64,000 nucleotides of DNA from an uncultured Candidatus Actinomarina sp. Its GTDB lineage: Bacteria; Actinomycetota; Acidimicrobiia; Actinomarinales; Actinomarinaceae. The position numbers and the translations under genes are program-made. The DNA lies in assembly GCA_902533795.1 (NCBI GenBank), contig CACAND010000001.1, forward strand, positions 238,844-302,843, read 5' to 3'. Under the pieces are notes generated by a model, which saw nothing but the letters and a program-made list of their open reading frames with translations, was not told where the DNA came from and searched no databases. Below, one piece after another: positions 63,090-64,000 of the stretch (the stretch's first letter is position 1; each line of letters opens with the position of its first letter).

Positions 63090-64000
63090 TTTTGATTTTT
63101 CAACTTTTGTAGATAATTTATCAACAGATGAGGTTGAAGATTTAAAAACAAAACTAAATTATGTTGGCTACTCAACCAATGAGAACATCAATGAACTAAA
63201 GGCTGTAGTAGGAGTTTTTATCGAGGACAATGGTCTTGAAAATATAAATAGTAAAGAAGATTTTTGGGCTGAATTAATAAATTTTGGATACAAACTTGGA
63301 GATAGAATTCTTAGTTTTAATAATAAAATTTTGTATGGATCAGACGTTGAAGAATTACAAGAACTTCTTTCAAGAATGGGTTTTTATTCTGAGCCAATAA
63401 ACGGAAAATATTCAAGATCTGTAGTTGAGAGTGTTACAAGGTTTCAGGAAAATAGAGGTATAACAATTGATGGCGTGGTTGGTCTTAATACTGTTTACGA
63501 AATTAAAAAACTAATTAGACCAGGAAGAGATATTTCTCTGAACGAGGCAATAAAATCTATTTCTCCAGGATTAGATACTGGGATCATTGGTTTCAATATA
63601 TGTTTCGATATCCCAAATTCTGGAAGTTACAAAGAACAAATTAAATTTTATGACCAAGTTAAGAAAAATTCTATTGGAAAAGGTGTTGTAGCAGTTTTTG
63701 CTTCAGAAGTTAATGAGGAATTGGATCTAAATAATAAAATTGAATATATAAATAACCTACAACCGACTTTGTTTATATCTTTTAACCCCGAAGTTGATGA
63801 TTCAATTAATTACTTCCAAGGAACTTTTTCTGAAAGCCTTTTAGGTAAAAAACTAGCTGAAAACCTGGCATCAACTCTGAAAGTAAAATCAATCGGAAAG
63901 TCGTCGATTATTTTGAAACAAACAAAATCAGTAGGAATAATAATTAATGGTAAATTTTACCAAAAAAATTATATTGAATTAATTCTAGAGAGTGTTGTTA
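63064..64000 (+). CDS. CwlM-like protein: peptidoglycan-binding domain plus degenerate amidase_3-like domain (3' partial)
   Basis: A frame read by hand from the ATG at 63064 (overlapping the trxB end), open to the window edge. Has the PG_binding_1 motif GKYSRSVVESVTRFQENRGITIDGVVGLNT. Downstream, FDIPNSG and LFISFNPE stand where amidase_3 has DxGHGG and SxHxN. Confidence 0.55.
   Translation, partial: MLRDGLKINFDFSTFVDNLSTDEVEDLKTKLNYVGYSTNENINELKAVVGVFIEDNGLENINSKEDFWAELINFGYKLGDRILSFNNKILYGSDVEELQELLSRMGFYSEPINGKYSRSVVESVTRFQENRGITIDGVVGLNTVYEIKKLIRPGRDISLNEAIKSISPGLDTGIIGFNICFDIPNSGSYKEQIKFYDQVKKNSIGKGVVAVFASEVNEELDLNNKIEYINNLQPTLFISFNPEVDDSINYFQGTFSESLLGKKLAENLASTLKVKSIGKSSIILKQTKSVGIIINGKFYQKNYIELILESVV

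Noticed and set aside
1-64000. Mobile elements, defence systems (CRISPR, restriction-modification, toxin-antitoxin, Abi-like), prophage remnants, rRNA and tRNA genes.
   Set aside because: I read all spacers longer than 70 nt and all ORF translations. I found no transposase, integrase or recombinase motifs, no regularly spaced repeats, no tRNA-like T-loop/acceptor pattern, and no recognisable nuclease/ATPase defence architectures. Absence is by eye only and should be confirmed with tRNAscan-SE, Infernal and a defence-system finder.

Overview
This is a 64 kb, gene-dense, AT-rich chromosomal segment (roughly one third G+C by eye, not computed). About 75 credible CDS are packed with short or overlapping junctions. 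I recognised no rRNA, tRNA, CRISPR array, transposase, integrase or prophage genes. All product calls come from motifs read in the supplied translations; no database search was possible.

The gene content and synteny look like a streamlined low-GC actinobacterium. This is an inference, based on:
- rpsF-ssb-rpsR-rplI-dnaB in the usual order
- cca(pcnA)/NUDIX/trxB/cwlM-like neighbourhood
- a PPOX/F420-type protein and two cytochrome P450s
- an apparently leaderless leader peptide

The housekeeping content includes dnaB, ribosomal proteins, panB, msrA, rbsK, lysA, nfo, uppS, pepP, argR, cca and trxB. There is also a znuABC/zur zinc-uptake locus and a MacB-type ABC exporter.

Observations most worth follow-up:
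1. A ~150-nt module occurs twice in direct orientation (28045-28198 and 29513-29666). Each copy has a TTCGCGAA palindrome, a sigma70-like promoter, and a two-hairpin leader in which each hairpin is capped by UCGCAAGA. The leader ends in an intrinsic terminator. One copy lies just upstream of a cytochrome P450 and the other upstream of an Asp-box lipoprotein. One compensatory base-pair change separates the copies. This is a candidate undescribed cis-regulatory RNA or sRNA.
2. A tightly coupled seven-gene operon (36972-41362) is built from only three uncharacterised protein families. These are a tandem alpha/beta-barrel (ABM/Dabb-like) soluble protein and two kinds of ~190-205 aa polytopic membrane protein. 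A further copy of the soluble+membrane pair sits at 8755-10056.
3. A 13-codon leader peptide with three Trp codons, plus a terminator/antiterminator, precedes a trpB2-type tryptophan synthase beta gene. That gene is followed 4 nt downstream by an ATP-grasp + phosphohistidine-swivel (PEP-utilising family) enzyme.
4. A cluster of three HExxH lipoproteins carries 27-nt tandem repeats that encode their linkers.

Smaller items are candidate tandem ARG boxes at argR, a candidate Zur box, an rpsF leader hairpin, and an orphan ptsI fused into an operon with an IspD/TarI-like cytidylyltransferase.
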